In this document: positions 19,187 through 30,300 of the stretch, piece after piece
How the letters are laid out: each line of letters opens with the position of its first letter
Numbering within the stretch: position 1 is the stretch's first letter
Program-made: the position numbers and the translations under genes
Source of the DNA: a virus
DNA: 64,000 nt
Virus record (IMG/VR): IMGVR_UViG_3300030419_006925
Coordinates: 1 to 64,000 of that record
Reading direction: 5' to 3' (one strand)
The notes under the pieces: model-generated
Told to the model about the DNA's origin: nothing
Database searches by the model: none
Seen by the model: the letters and a program-made list of their open reading frames with translations, nothing else

Positions 19187-19194
19187 ATAAATAG
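19187..19194 (-). promoter_or_regulatory. Candidate late promoter CTATTTAT
   Basis: Intergenic, a few nt upstream of the GGAG RBS of 18426..19169. Confidence 0.5.
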
Positions 19195-19208
19195 ATGATT
19201 TATGTTTT

Positions 19209-22200
19209 TTAATTAAGTTTTCCGCCGCCGCCCTTAGTGAAACCACCGCCATCGCCCATGCCCTTTTCACCGCCTAGGTCGGGGCCCATCTTTCTGGTGG
19301 CCGCTTTTCGGGATTCCGTCGCTGCGAGTTCTTTCTCCAAGGCATCAGTGCCATGGCGGCCCGGGAGCGTGAACCCAACACGACCGCCGCTGCGGCCGCG
19401 GCGTGAGAAATGTATGTCATCGTTATTATCATCGCCGCCGGTGGAGCCGCGTTCTCCCTCGAAGTCGAGGTGTTCAAACTCCTTCAGTTCGGGCTGGAAT
19501 GGAGGCGGGTAATCGGGCACATCTATGGCGACTTCCGGGCCGGCTTCGTCATCCACCGTCTCATCATTATCATAATCATCATCGACGAGATCGTCAAAGC
19601 CGGTATCGGCGGACATGTCATCGCCCGGGACGGCGGGTTGCTCTGGGGCAGTGAAGAGAACGTCGCCTTGAATATGGCCACCGGAGTAGACACTATATCT
19701 TGCATTTCCTGCAATTGGCTCAGTAATTGGTATCGTGTTGTAAAACTTTATCGATCTAATCTCGTCAGCGCCGAAGTCTTCAAAATCTATAGTGCCGCCC
19801 GTAGAGGTGCCACCAAAAGAGTCCCAAACGTCGGACTCATCGAGCCCCATTAACTGTAGTGCACGGCTGAAAACAGGGTGATACGTGTATCCATATTCGC
19901 TTCGAAGCTGAGTCATAGGACTTACGACATTGATTAATTTTTCGAACATGTGCACGAAGCCGTCTACACCGCCCATGGTACCATTTGGGGGGAAAACTTC
20001 ATTTAAAATCCATTGTGTATTATTGGTCATGTTAACCCACATTTCATGATCTTCGGTTGTGTCCGCCGAAAACGAATGAAACAGCAACTCTCTCCACAGG
20101 TTATAATACACGACCGCCTTTATTGCCGATTGTTTATCTAAACTGCCGGCTTCTTCCATTAGGGCTTCGGCAAAAAATTCATTAAAATATTCTCCAAGGT
20201 TGTTGTAGCTACAGTATTCTTTTGCTTTGTTGTAATAATTGTCCATAAAATCATTATATACGTCGATTAAGTTTGCAACCATAAAATTGTAGAAAAAGTC
20301 AATTGTTGTATCTTCAACTTCAAACATAATAATATATTCTGTGGCTGGCACTCCTGTTACCGACAAGTATTCCAAGTGTTCTGAGCGACCAGATCGTTCG
20401 CCGCCGGTGAAGAATTTCTCGGCGCCACCAGTATTATAGAAAGCAACATCGTCGTCCATATAGTCAGCATATTCAAAGCACATTAAACGATAGCCATCTT
20501 TAACTTTTAATCCAGAATTATGCGAACTTTCGTAGGTATTATAATTCCAAAGCGTCTGCCCCCAAGATCTATCAAAGGCGGCCTCGTGAGGGTCGATGTC
20601 ACCGGATGTACCTTCGCCCGAGGTTGCATGTGATGAAGCGGCGAGGATATTCATCTCGCCCGGAGCGTACATCTGGATGAATCCATTTCCTATCACATCG
20701 AAATCGACAAATTTTAAATACGAATATTGTCTTTTTCCGTAGTCGTGGATTGCATGCTTCGAGAAGTTGCCGGCAAACGCTGGGCTACCGGCGACATCTG
20801 AATAGTTGTATATATATGGATAGCCTTGCTCTGGTCGGGAGGGATCAGATTTATAGCGAAATGTATGATTAGCGGGATAAGGCTTCTGATCATCCATGTC
20901 CAATTCTAGAACTATTACGCTCGTATTCACCGTGTAGGATTCCGGATCATCTGGTGTGTCGTACCAATCGCTGCCCGGGCTGGTCATTGTCGGCCAATCG
21001 CCCATCACCAACTCTCTTCTTATCATTTTTGCCTGCTTAACTCTAAAGTAATGATAGGGAATTGTGATACGAAATAGTCTTTGTAGTCTCGATAAGGAGA
21101 TCATATATCCCAAATTTGATTGCGTGTGAAGGGCCTTCTCCCAATCAAAAAATACAATGCCACTGTTTTTAGTTGCAAAATTTGCATATAAATCGTCGCC
21201 GGCTGCTGTCCAATGTGTTTCGTCCGGGATCGGATCCTGATCAGAGCCTATTGCGCCACCAAGATACATTTCATAAAGTGCATCTCTTGCGGCTTCAACA
21301 TCTTTATCCTCAATCCAGCCTTCGCTCGAACCTAGCCCAAGTTTTTCGTCACTGGCGATGTGGGCCCATCCTTCTTCTTCTAAAAATTCATCAAAGTCGC
21401 CGGGGGTTCCTCCTGCAATGGGCATTGTCATGATATTTTGTCGCGTCATCTGAGACCATTTAATCGGTATATATTCATTTCCTTGGTACCAATTCGGTGT
21501 CGGAGTATATGGCCGGCCAGAACCAGCGGGATCTCCTGTCTGCAGGGAACCCACCACCGAGACAGTCCGAGTGTCAACGGTAGATTGAGCCACGGTGGCG
21601 CCGCGGGCTATAGTCGTATCTCTGGTTGCTGTTTCGGAAACGCCATCCTCGTCCCACCCATGCTCATAAAAGCTAGCATTATCTATGGAATATGGTGGGT
21701 TCGGATTTTTTCCCCAATAAGACATAGCTACCGCCAAACGACGCAAATCAAAAATCTTTCCATTATAAATTAATTTCTTTACAAGCCTTCGTTGTAATCC
21801 AACTCTTCCGTTTATCACATTTAATAATGGAGAAAATCTATTGTAAAATTCCCCGGATTTGGTGGCGGTTGATTTTCCACTGTATGTTCTGCGGAACAAT
21901 TGTAGCTTGGGAATCATGGCGTAAGAATCTTTTTCCGTTTCTAGGATATACTGCAAATTCACTATATTTTCTTTCAAGCGGTTGGATGAGGCAATATGGT
22001 CCGCGAATGATGATATTAAATTTTCTAACGTATCAATAATTCCCTGATGATCAACATATCCGGATAAATCCGTTGCATGATACTTTCCATCAAACGTCTG
22101 TAGCGCGAGGCCCATATAAAGTGCACCGTTGTCTGCTTCTACGAAGATTTCCTCAATTGCGCTTGGGACATGATTTTTATCAAGTATGTGCTCATATGTT

Positions 22201-23003
22201 ATATCTCCAAAATTGTTATTGAAAAAAGATCCGCCGCTGATAAAAGCCGGCTGAATGACTGGCGAGGGGCCTTTATATGTGCCTTTACCGGGTCCATGCA
22301 CGTAGATGCGTCCCTCATCGGTGTCATCGAACACATCTTTATCGAACAGGCCGGCATTTTCATCGCCGTCGGCAATATCATCATAATGCAGACCACAAGC
22401 AAAGAATACAAAAACTTTTTCAATGGGTGTGCCGTCGGTCATTGCTGCTTCCAAGCTGTTCTGCTCATCGCCCTCAATGTTAACCTCAAGTGAGACTTTT
22501 ATATTTTGAATTTGAATAATTTCGTCTCCCTTGTCGTCATATGCACCGGTTTCAATAACATACGAGCCAAAGCCAGATCTAGAGTCGGCGGTACCCATAA
22601 AACTACTAAGAGGATCCATCCTCATACGCATTGGAGATGCGCGGATGGCGCCCGGATTGTCGAGGCCCTCGGCAGTGTCGTCACCAAGCATGTGCGCATA
22701 GAGAACATCTCGAATATTCAACCTTGATTCCAGCAACTCTTCATTGCGAGCCTCGTCTGCAGAAATCCAACTATACAAATATACATCTCGCAAGTGCTCG
22801 CTAATAAACTCATTAGGGTGAGCCTCGTGATCGCTTTTTGTTAAGCTTATCGTCAAGTAACAGCTAATGTGGAAGTTCCCATCCACCATTTGAATACCCG
22901 ACTCATTTCTTTCTCTTTCTATAAAAACCTTGTTAACAAACACATTTGGCAAATATCTTCCAAAAAGATTCTTAGATCTGGTTTCTAAAACAATTTTTCC
23001 CAT
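19209..23003 (-). CDS. Large acidic hypothetical virion protein
   Basis: 1264 aa ORF, TAATG-coupled to the upstream gene; low-complexity D-rich then G/R-rich C-terminus. Confidence 0.6.
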   Translation of the reverse strand: MGKIVLETRSKNLFGRYLPNVFVNKVFIERERNESGIQMVDGNFHISCYLTISLTKSDHEAHPNEFISEHLRDVYLYSWISADEARNEELLESRLNIRDVLYAHMLGDDTAEGLDNPGAIRASPMRMRMDPLSSFMGTADSRSGFGSYVIETGAYDDKGDEIIQIQNIKVSLEVNIEGDEQNSLEAAMTDGTPIEKVFVFFACGLHYDDIADGDENAGLFDKDVFDDTDEGRIYVHGPGKGTYKGPSPVIQPAFISGGSFFNNNFGDITYEHILDKNHVPSAIEEIFVEADNGALYMGLALQTFDGKYHATDLSGYVDHQGIIDTLENLISSFADHIASSNRLKENIVNLQYILETEKDSYAMIPKLQLFRRTYSGKSTATKSGEFYNRFSPLLNVINGRVGLQRRLVKKLIYNGKIFDLRRLAVAMSYWGKNPNPPYSIDNASFYEHGWDEDGVSETATRDTTIARGATVAQSTVDTRTVSVVGSLQTGDPAGSGRPYTPTPNWYQGNEYIPIKWSQMTRQNIMTMPIAGGTPGDFDEFLEEEGWAHIASDEKLGLGSSEGWIEDKDVEAARDALYEMYLGGAIGSDQDPIPDETHWTAAGDDLYANFATKNSGIVFFDWEKALHTQSNLGYMISLSRLQRLFRITIPYHYFRVKQAKMIRRELVMGDWPTMTSPGSDWYDTPDDPESYTVNTSVIVLELDMDDQKPYPANHTFRYKSDPSRPEQGYPYIYNYSDVAGSPAFAGNFSKHAIHDYGKRQYSYLKFVDFDVIGNGFIQMYAPGEMNILAASSHATSGEGTSGDIDPHEAAFDRSWGQTLWNYNTYESSHNSGLKVKDGYRLMCFEYADYMDDDVAFYNTGGAEKFFTGGERSGRSEHLEYLSVTGVPATEYIIMFEVEDTTIDFFYNFMVANLIDVYNDFMDNYYNKAKEYCSYNNLGEYFNEFFAEALMEEAGSLDKQSAIKAVVYYNLWRELLFHSFSADTTEDHEMWVNMTNNTQWILNEVFPPNGTMGGVDGFVHMFEKLINVVSPMTQLRSEYGYTYHPVFSRALQLMGLDESDVWDSFGGTSTGGTIDFEDFGADEIRSIKFYNTIPITEPIAGNARYSVYSGGHIQGDVLFTAPEQPAVPGDDMSADTGFDDLVDDDYDNDETVDDEAGPEVAIDVPDYPPPFQPELKEFEHLDFEGERGSTGGDDNNDDIHFSRRGRSGGRVGFTLPGRHGTDALEKELAATESRKAATRKMGPDLGGEKGMGDGGGFTKGGGGKLN

Positions 23004-24325
23004 TATTCATCCTCACAGGGTTCCGGATCAGTAGGCGATCCCGACGGAGCGAAGCCTTCATTTGGTACTGCACATATTTCAGGTACCGTCACCGATCCAT
23101 AAATATCATAATACAACGCGGGGGCCGCCTCCGGACAATCAAAATCCATATCAATATAGTATGTTTCTTTATTAAACGTTTCCTGACACTTACATGCTAT
23201 TATTGAATCAACATGATGATCAGTTAAAACATCAAAATAATATTCTACACCATCTTTGGTTAGTGCTGTAGTATTTTCTGTCATTTCGCGCTGCGGTCTA
23301 GGGCGGATCATGTGACCATCAACAACTTGAGGATCCTCTCTTTGGTAGTATTTTCTTTCTAGAATCGTTGATGTGCTATCGGATCCGAATTCGTCAGGAT
23401 CTTCATCTTTCATTTCAAATACTTCAACATCAAAATTATCAGTCAACAAGAGCGTGTTCATCTCCTCTGCATATACCACTAAATCATCTTTTATAAGTTC
23501 GACCACATTGCCGTCGGAAAAAGGCCTTGTAGATCTAATAGTGTTAGCAATGCTGGAATCTGCGAAAGTTTGACTTGGGGGGCCGATCCTTTTTTTGTAA
23601 AATAAATTTACATTAAGTTGCGGTATTTTATATTCAATATCCGTGTTTCCATCTGGGCCATTATCCGGGTAATAGGTCGTGTCGTCCATGGTCGAACAAT
23701 CCTTGATGGTACCTTGGCAGGCAACAATCTTCCATGCCGGGGCAGCCTGTTGGTCTTCACCGTCAAAATATGCATCACCAATTTCAGATTGGAAGGATAA
23801 TTTGTCAACAGAAACTTCTGGACTGATCGCCGTGAACGCATGAGTAAAGGCGGCGGGCGAAACACCTCCGACAATCAATGCTAGGATCCAATATGGTGTT
23901 TCGGAGCCAAAATACTCTCTTGCAGCGCTGTAATCCGTCGCTTCGAAGCCAGCGCCACCCGGAGAGTACGATTCTACGAATTCCTCAAATATTTCCACGG
24001 TAGGAAAGATTGAACCCATGGCATCCACGATTCCGTCGTGCGTTCGATCGGACCAACCCAAGAGGTAATCCGAATATGGAACAGTGTTTTCTATTCCTTG
24101 AAAAGACAATATCCCTTCTAAATATTGAGTATTTTTTTTGATTCTTTCGTGAATTTCATTTTGTTTTTCTTCTCTTAGGGAAGCATATTCTCCATCATAA
24201 ATTATGCCCTCATCATAAAATGAATAATATGTTGGCTTAAGATTTCCAATGGCCAATTTACGCTTACCATAGGGGGTAAATTGAAAATCAATAACCTGTT
24301 CTTTTTTATTTAAAAATTTTGCCAT
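23003..24325 (-). CDS. Virion structural protein (N-terminus related to 11096 and 12158)
   Basis: VIDFQFTPYGKRKLAIGNLKPTYYSFYDEGIIYD. Confidence 0.6.
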   Translation of the reverse strand: MAKFLNKKEQVIDFQFTPYGKRKLAIGNLKPTYYSFYDEGIIYDGEYASLREEKQNEIHERIKKNTQYLEGILSFQGIENTVPYSDYLLGWSDRTHDGIVDAMGSIFPTVEIFEEFVESYSPGGAGFEATDYSAAREYFGSETPYWILALIVGGVSPAAFTHAFTAISPEVSVDKLSFQSEIGDAYFDGEDQQAAPAWKIVACQGTIKDCSTMDDTTYYPDNGPDGNTDIEYKIPQLNVNLFYKKRIGPPSQTFADSSIANTIRSTRPFSDGNVVELIKDDLVVYAEEMNTLLLTDNFDVEVFEMKDEDPDEFGSDSTSTILERKYYQREDPQVVDGHMIRPRPQREMTENTTALTKDGVEYYFDVLTDHHVDSIIACKCQETFNKETYYIDMDFDCPEAAPALYYDIYGSVTVPEICAVPNEGFAPSGSPTDPEPCEDE

Positions 24326-24343
24326 TCTATTTAATTTCCGCCA

Positions 24344-27300
24344 TTATTTTAGCAACACATCAACATCAATTCTAACTAGCTCTACAATGGATAAATAATC
24401 ATACGGCCAATTATAGCTAATCTCGAAACCATCTTTTGTTACCACATTATCAAATATCTGTGAAGTTGTTCCATCAATCTGGTCTGCCACCATATCATAA
24501 TAATCGTGCATACCACGCTGCTTCACCTTAAACACCATCCATCGAAGGTGGTCGTTCTTTAAAATTTCTTTGTTGATCATTTCGTTATCAGACAAATTGT
24601 GAGCAACTGAGTGTTTTTGTATCGAGGCTTTTTTATAATTTCTTGGCGCTAAGTTCTGCCACATATAGTTCAGGTCGTCTTTGTCGAATTCATATTTGAA
24701 TTCAAAAACATACATAGCAATAGCATCAATATCTTCATTTCTAACAAAATCAAATTGTGGCGGGAATACATACTTTTCTCTAACCAATCTTTCTAGATTT
24801 CTAATCGACTGGCCAGCGACCGTTGTGGAATCTCCCGCCGTGGTGCCGGGGTATCCCTCAAGGGCGGCACGAACTCGCGATGGGGGAATTTGAATAAATT
24901 TCTTCCTATATTTTCTATCTATCGAAGCCTCTTTGTTAATTCTTTCCAACTCAACCTGCTCGACCTCATCAATAACGTATGGTATCGCAACAACGGCTTC
25001 CCAAACTGTTTGTTTCTTTTTCAATACTCCAAGCTTTCTTGTACTGTTCTCGCGATCAAAGCCCAACAAGTTAGATAAGGATTTAACACGTTTGTAGAGT
25101 GAAGAATTTTTTGCGAGATCGGAGATATCATAATCATTGTAAATGCTAGCCGATAACGTCATTTCATAATGAAATTTCAACCAACTTTCTGGAATGTCTG
25201 TTATTCCAAACTTAATGCCTTTGCTTGGATCATCGATGACCTTTCCAAACTGATGCCACATACCAACAGGAGTTGAAGTGGCACCATAGGTTGGCTGTGT
25301 CGGGGACGCGTCTGTGAAGTCGGCCATGGGGGTTTCCCATTTTGGCTGGATAACCCATCTTTTGCCAACAGCTTTGTTGGTTGTATTCCTTGGGTTACCA
25401 AACTGATCTCTCTCTGCTTCAAGCACTCTCTCCACACCAAACAGATTAAAGGCAGAACTTAGTTGCATAGAATTAACATCAATTCTATATCCATCATAAA
25501 TTGATGGAATAGTTTTATCTCCGCTAGGCTGAATTGGGCCATATGAGGCGCTGCGAGAAGACTCTACTGGCAACAATACCGGCTGATGGGGGTCGCCGGC
25601 TGCGGATGCAGTCAATTTGAGACGGTATCCTGAATCAAATCTGCGGTATGAAACTTTCGTTTCAGCCAATATTCTTTCCAGTGAATATGCATCCGAAACT
25701 GCTTTTCCATCATCCACATGTGGGCGGAAAACCAAATCGACGCGTGCCATTCCATCAAAGTAAGGAGGAGTAAATGCTCCGTTATATCCACTAAAACTGT
25801 CTCTAGCGGATCTTAAGAATGGCGATAGCAGGGCGCCGGATCCAGTTGGGCGGCCGGCGCAGTCTGGACCGAAAGCCGACACTCGATTATACATCGTGTA
25901 TGTCTGCTTAAATCCATTTGAGCCTGTGAATCTTGAAGGAAACTGTTCTGGGCGCCACGTGCCGCGGCCGGTGTTACCATTCGAGGCGCAAACTTTTACG
26001 CCGCGGCGGCCATAATATCCATTCTGTTCGTCGTTGTGATCGTATTCCTGATGGTAATATAACTTACCATTGTGGGAAGGCTCAATCCAAATTCGTCCCA
26101 TATATACCGAACCGCTGGGAAATCTAAGATCGTCTGGTACTACTTTGGACCTTAGCGATGTTAAGCCCCCATCTTCCAAGAAAAAGTTTGGAACAGCGCC
26201 GAAGAAGTTTCTTGCTTTTAATTCATATAATTTCTCACTACCTCCCATGGTCATCGAAGCAGTGATCACGTGTCGCGCGCTGCCATTTTGCGGGTTCGTA
26301 ACTGCCTGTACATCAGCGCCAGTCACCGCAAAACTCATTGACGGATGTGATTCCATTTCCACTATTCCCAATTCTGCCATATGTTGTTGTGGGTTAATGA
26401 TGGTCTCAAACGGAAGTCGCTTGTCCCAATACATGCCACCATTATATCCCTCCGGCGTAGCAGATGCAACACAGCCAGTGATCGACAAGGCCCAGTTATT
26501 ATCAGCACTAGCGGAGCCGTACCACTCTCTTTGTACTTTATCGTTGTCGGTGATTATTGGATAATCGACTGCAATTCCCGATTTAATTGAATTGTAAAGA
26601 ATGCCCGGAGAAAACAGGGGGTCTATTATTGGCTTGAGCCAGCCCGGGTAATAACGGAACGCATCGCGTCCGGACAATGTAAAGTCGTCTCCGCCATATG
26701 CTGGGCGGGATGAAACTTGCAACTGATCCGCAAAAGATCTAGAGAATGCTGAGACTAAATCAATTGTTGCGTCGGCCGGGTAGAAGCCCCTATATGGGTT
26801 ATATTTGATGGCAGCCTCGCAAGTCATTTTAATTTCTTCTGCTTGCAAGACTGTGTCTCTTGTTGTTCCGAGCAGTGTCCAGAAATCAGTGTTGGAATAG
26901 TCAATATAAAAATCCGATCCACTGCTGGCGATTGGTCTAATATATCTACGCGGGTTGTCACCTTTATCGCGTTGGAAGGAGCTTGTTCCGGCAGGGTTTG
27001 TGCCGGGAATTTCAAAAACATCGAACTTGTGGTAAGGGTTTATTCCATATTTTAAATACGACTCTACGTGCTCGCTAATTCTATATTCAGGTACAATGTT
27101 GAAACCTCTTGCTATTAGCTTTAAATCTGCACGGAAATCATCATAATTGTCATACCACGGAGCAGATGCCGAAACAACAAACGAGCCCGTACTTTCAAAT
27201 ATTCCAGATTGATCGGGAGCATCCCACGCAGCCTCGCCGGCGTAAGGTTGAATTTTATTGGCGGTAGCAAATATATCTTGTGTCTTGGCCGCATGGCCGA

Positions 27301-30300
27301 CTGCAGATAATGCTGATGGCTGGGGGGCATACGAGGGCGCTACCGACGTCGGGGTACCAAGCACATGCTTTCTGGCATACAGTGCACTGGGAGCCATCCA
27401 CTCATGGGGAGCAGGTACTCCATTTGAGGCGCTTGGGGTGATTGTCTTATAGCCCCACCATGTATTTTGTAATTCTCCCGATTTGGTTCGTCTATTAATG
27501 TTGCCAGAATGGGTTGTGCCAGTTAGTATTGTTGTTCTTGTCAAAAAGTCCTCTGGCGGATCTAGCGGCCATAGGCTCTGCGATACAAGGGACTGCCAGC
27601 CAGTCATGTCGCGGGATATACCAAATGAATTCAAGGGCCATTCGATGCCCGGCGCATATGTGGGGAGGCGATCGGTGGCGCTGTCGCGCCAAAATTCATT
27701 GAGGTATCCAACGCGCGTTGCGGATCTCGAAAGAAATTCATTTCTCATTGATGGAAAAACATTCTGTGAGTATAATATCCAATTCAATTTGTATCCGGGG
27801 GTCTTGGTGATTGCAATCACATCTTTTAGGGGAGTCTGTATCCCGTGTGGATTAACATTTGCGAACTCGTTCATCGCCGTTTCGTTAAAGAAGTTTGTTT
27901 CATTTGTGTGAATGGCTTTTAATGTTATGTTGTTTTCTTCGCCAACTTTACTAGCCATGCTAGCCGGCGCATCGAAATTAATATAACTGGGCCGGCCCTT
28001 TAGGGAAAGCGGCGGCATTCTAAATTCACGAAGTTTAAGTGAGGAGCCGGTGACACATCTCAGTACATTCAATTTCTTTTCGTGTCTTAATATGGGATGT
28101 TCTTGTTGTCTAAATTTTTTCCACGTCCAGCCGTATTGATATCCTCTTCTTGTCAACAAGAGGTTCAAGTATGAAGTGTTTGCTTGGTGAACGTTGCCAC
28201 TAGCAGAGTGAACCAAATACTGACTTGAATAAAGCGACTCATCTGGCGCCTTAGTATCTATAATAACGTTTGGAAGCTTGGGGGCGCCTAGGCGCGCTGG
28301 GTATTGAGAAAGGGTGTTATTCGCTATGTTCGCTTCGGTGAAAATGTGACCAAGTGTATTGTAAATTGTGCCGTCAGATACTGACTTGCCGAAATCGTCA
28401 CGGCGGCCGGAGCGGCCGTGTACGGGATCCAGCGTCAACAAATTAAGAACGTTACACGATTGAAATTTTGATGTCGTTCGATCTCCGCGCGTGGGAGATC
28501 CTGTAATATCTGATTGTGTTACAAAGTTATAATATGACTCAAATCCGGTGGAGGCGCTGAAAAATGGCATTCTTTCGGGATCCCAAGTGTTTTGGCGGCC
28601 GGCATATCTGAGATTGTCCGGATCTGACAGGGACTGGGTAATCCAGCGATACTGTTTGTCGGTTCGGGGAATTACATGCTGGATGTTATAATTGTCATAT
28701 ATTGATTCACAAGTATTAAACGTATATGAAGAACTATAGTGATCGAGCGTAGGTGTGCAGCCGGCTGGCACCCCACCAGTGCCATATTTCAAGCCTGTAT
28801 CATTTGAAGAATGAGAATACACAATCGCCATGGCATGATTATCGTCTTCGACTTGATTCTTGATAGAGTAAGTAAACATATCGTTATTTCCGATAGTTTC
28901 AGAATCATTGGTTCCATCTCCCATACGATACCACCCGACAATGGATGCTGATGCGTATGTGCTAGCCGTTAAATCACAGGGAACTCCGGAATTATATATG
29001 CTGGTAACTTCCGATGCCTGCAGTGCCCCACTGAAGAATGAAACATCAGTCATGGCGCCCGTGAATTCATATGAGCCGGGCGTGGGGTGAGTACCAATAA
29101 GAACCGTACCTTCAACATCCAAGGGAGCGTAGTTTCTAAAGTTGTTCTGTGTGGCGTCCATTTCTCCGATTCGAGCATAGGCATCTCCGGAGGCTGACAC
29201 AACCTGACTAACGCCGTTGACGTAAATCGACGGCTTTGTAATAGTGTCGTCCGTCCAGCCCGGGGTCGAGCCAGATGATAGCGCATTGTATGCAGATGCA
29301 GAAAAGACGACAACAATGTGATTCCAAGATTCGGTCACAACGGACGCGCTAAGCTGTTGGAATTGCACTGTTCTATTGTTGTTGTTCCCGTCGGTAGTTC
29401 GCAAGTCCATTCTGACATACGTGGTTCCGGGTACGCCGGGGGCGCTCTGATCTGCAAGAGCTTGTTGTCCCAGATATATATGAATACCCGGATTTGAAGC
29501 GTAATAGCCAATACTGAGCAAGGTGTTTGAGATGTTGGGCCTGCTCACCGGCGTGCCAGTACGCATATACGTAGGCCAGACCCACATGGCAACTGACCAT
29601 TGGGCCGGTCCATTTTGCCCATCATACAAGAATTTGCTCTTATATGTGCTTCCCGTAATTAAGAAGCCGGATCCCTTGGGCGTTGTATCTGTATATGGCC
29701 ATTCGACTGCAGAAGTGTTCGTCAAGTGTGAGCCAGAGTAAACTGGCGTAATTGTTTCAGTTCTGGTTACTATTCTTTTGTTGTTCCTGTGTATTTTGTG
29801 GAATCCCGGCAACTCTTCGTAGGTTGCCCCGGGGGTAGAAACATGTAACGAATCGCGTCCGAATCTTGCTGTGTGTCTAGCGAGATGAGAATATAGGCCA
29901 TAATCTTTATCATGAATATCTCGAACGCGAGATAGGGACGGCGTTCCGCCGGCAGGTTCGGATTCAGATCCGGAGGGCCCTTGTGATGGTTTTTTAACTG
30001 ATAAGTTTCGATACGAAATGCAGTTGTAGGGAGAGTATTCTCCTCCCTTGAAGTCTTGGTAGCCGCGTGATTGCACCTCGATTCCACCGGGAGCGCTGAA
30101 TCTGTTAACAATTACGCTCTTATTAACCGTTCCCGTTAAATATCCTGTATCATAATCATCAACAAACTTAAAGTGTCCTTCCTGTTCGCGATGTACATCT
30201 AATATGGTTCGCACATTTGTGGTGCTGTTAACATTACTGAGTTGATCTGGCAAGGTTGGCTGGTTTTCCACAAATTGCCGGGGATTATTATACCGACCAC

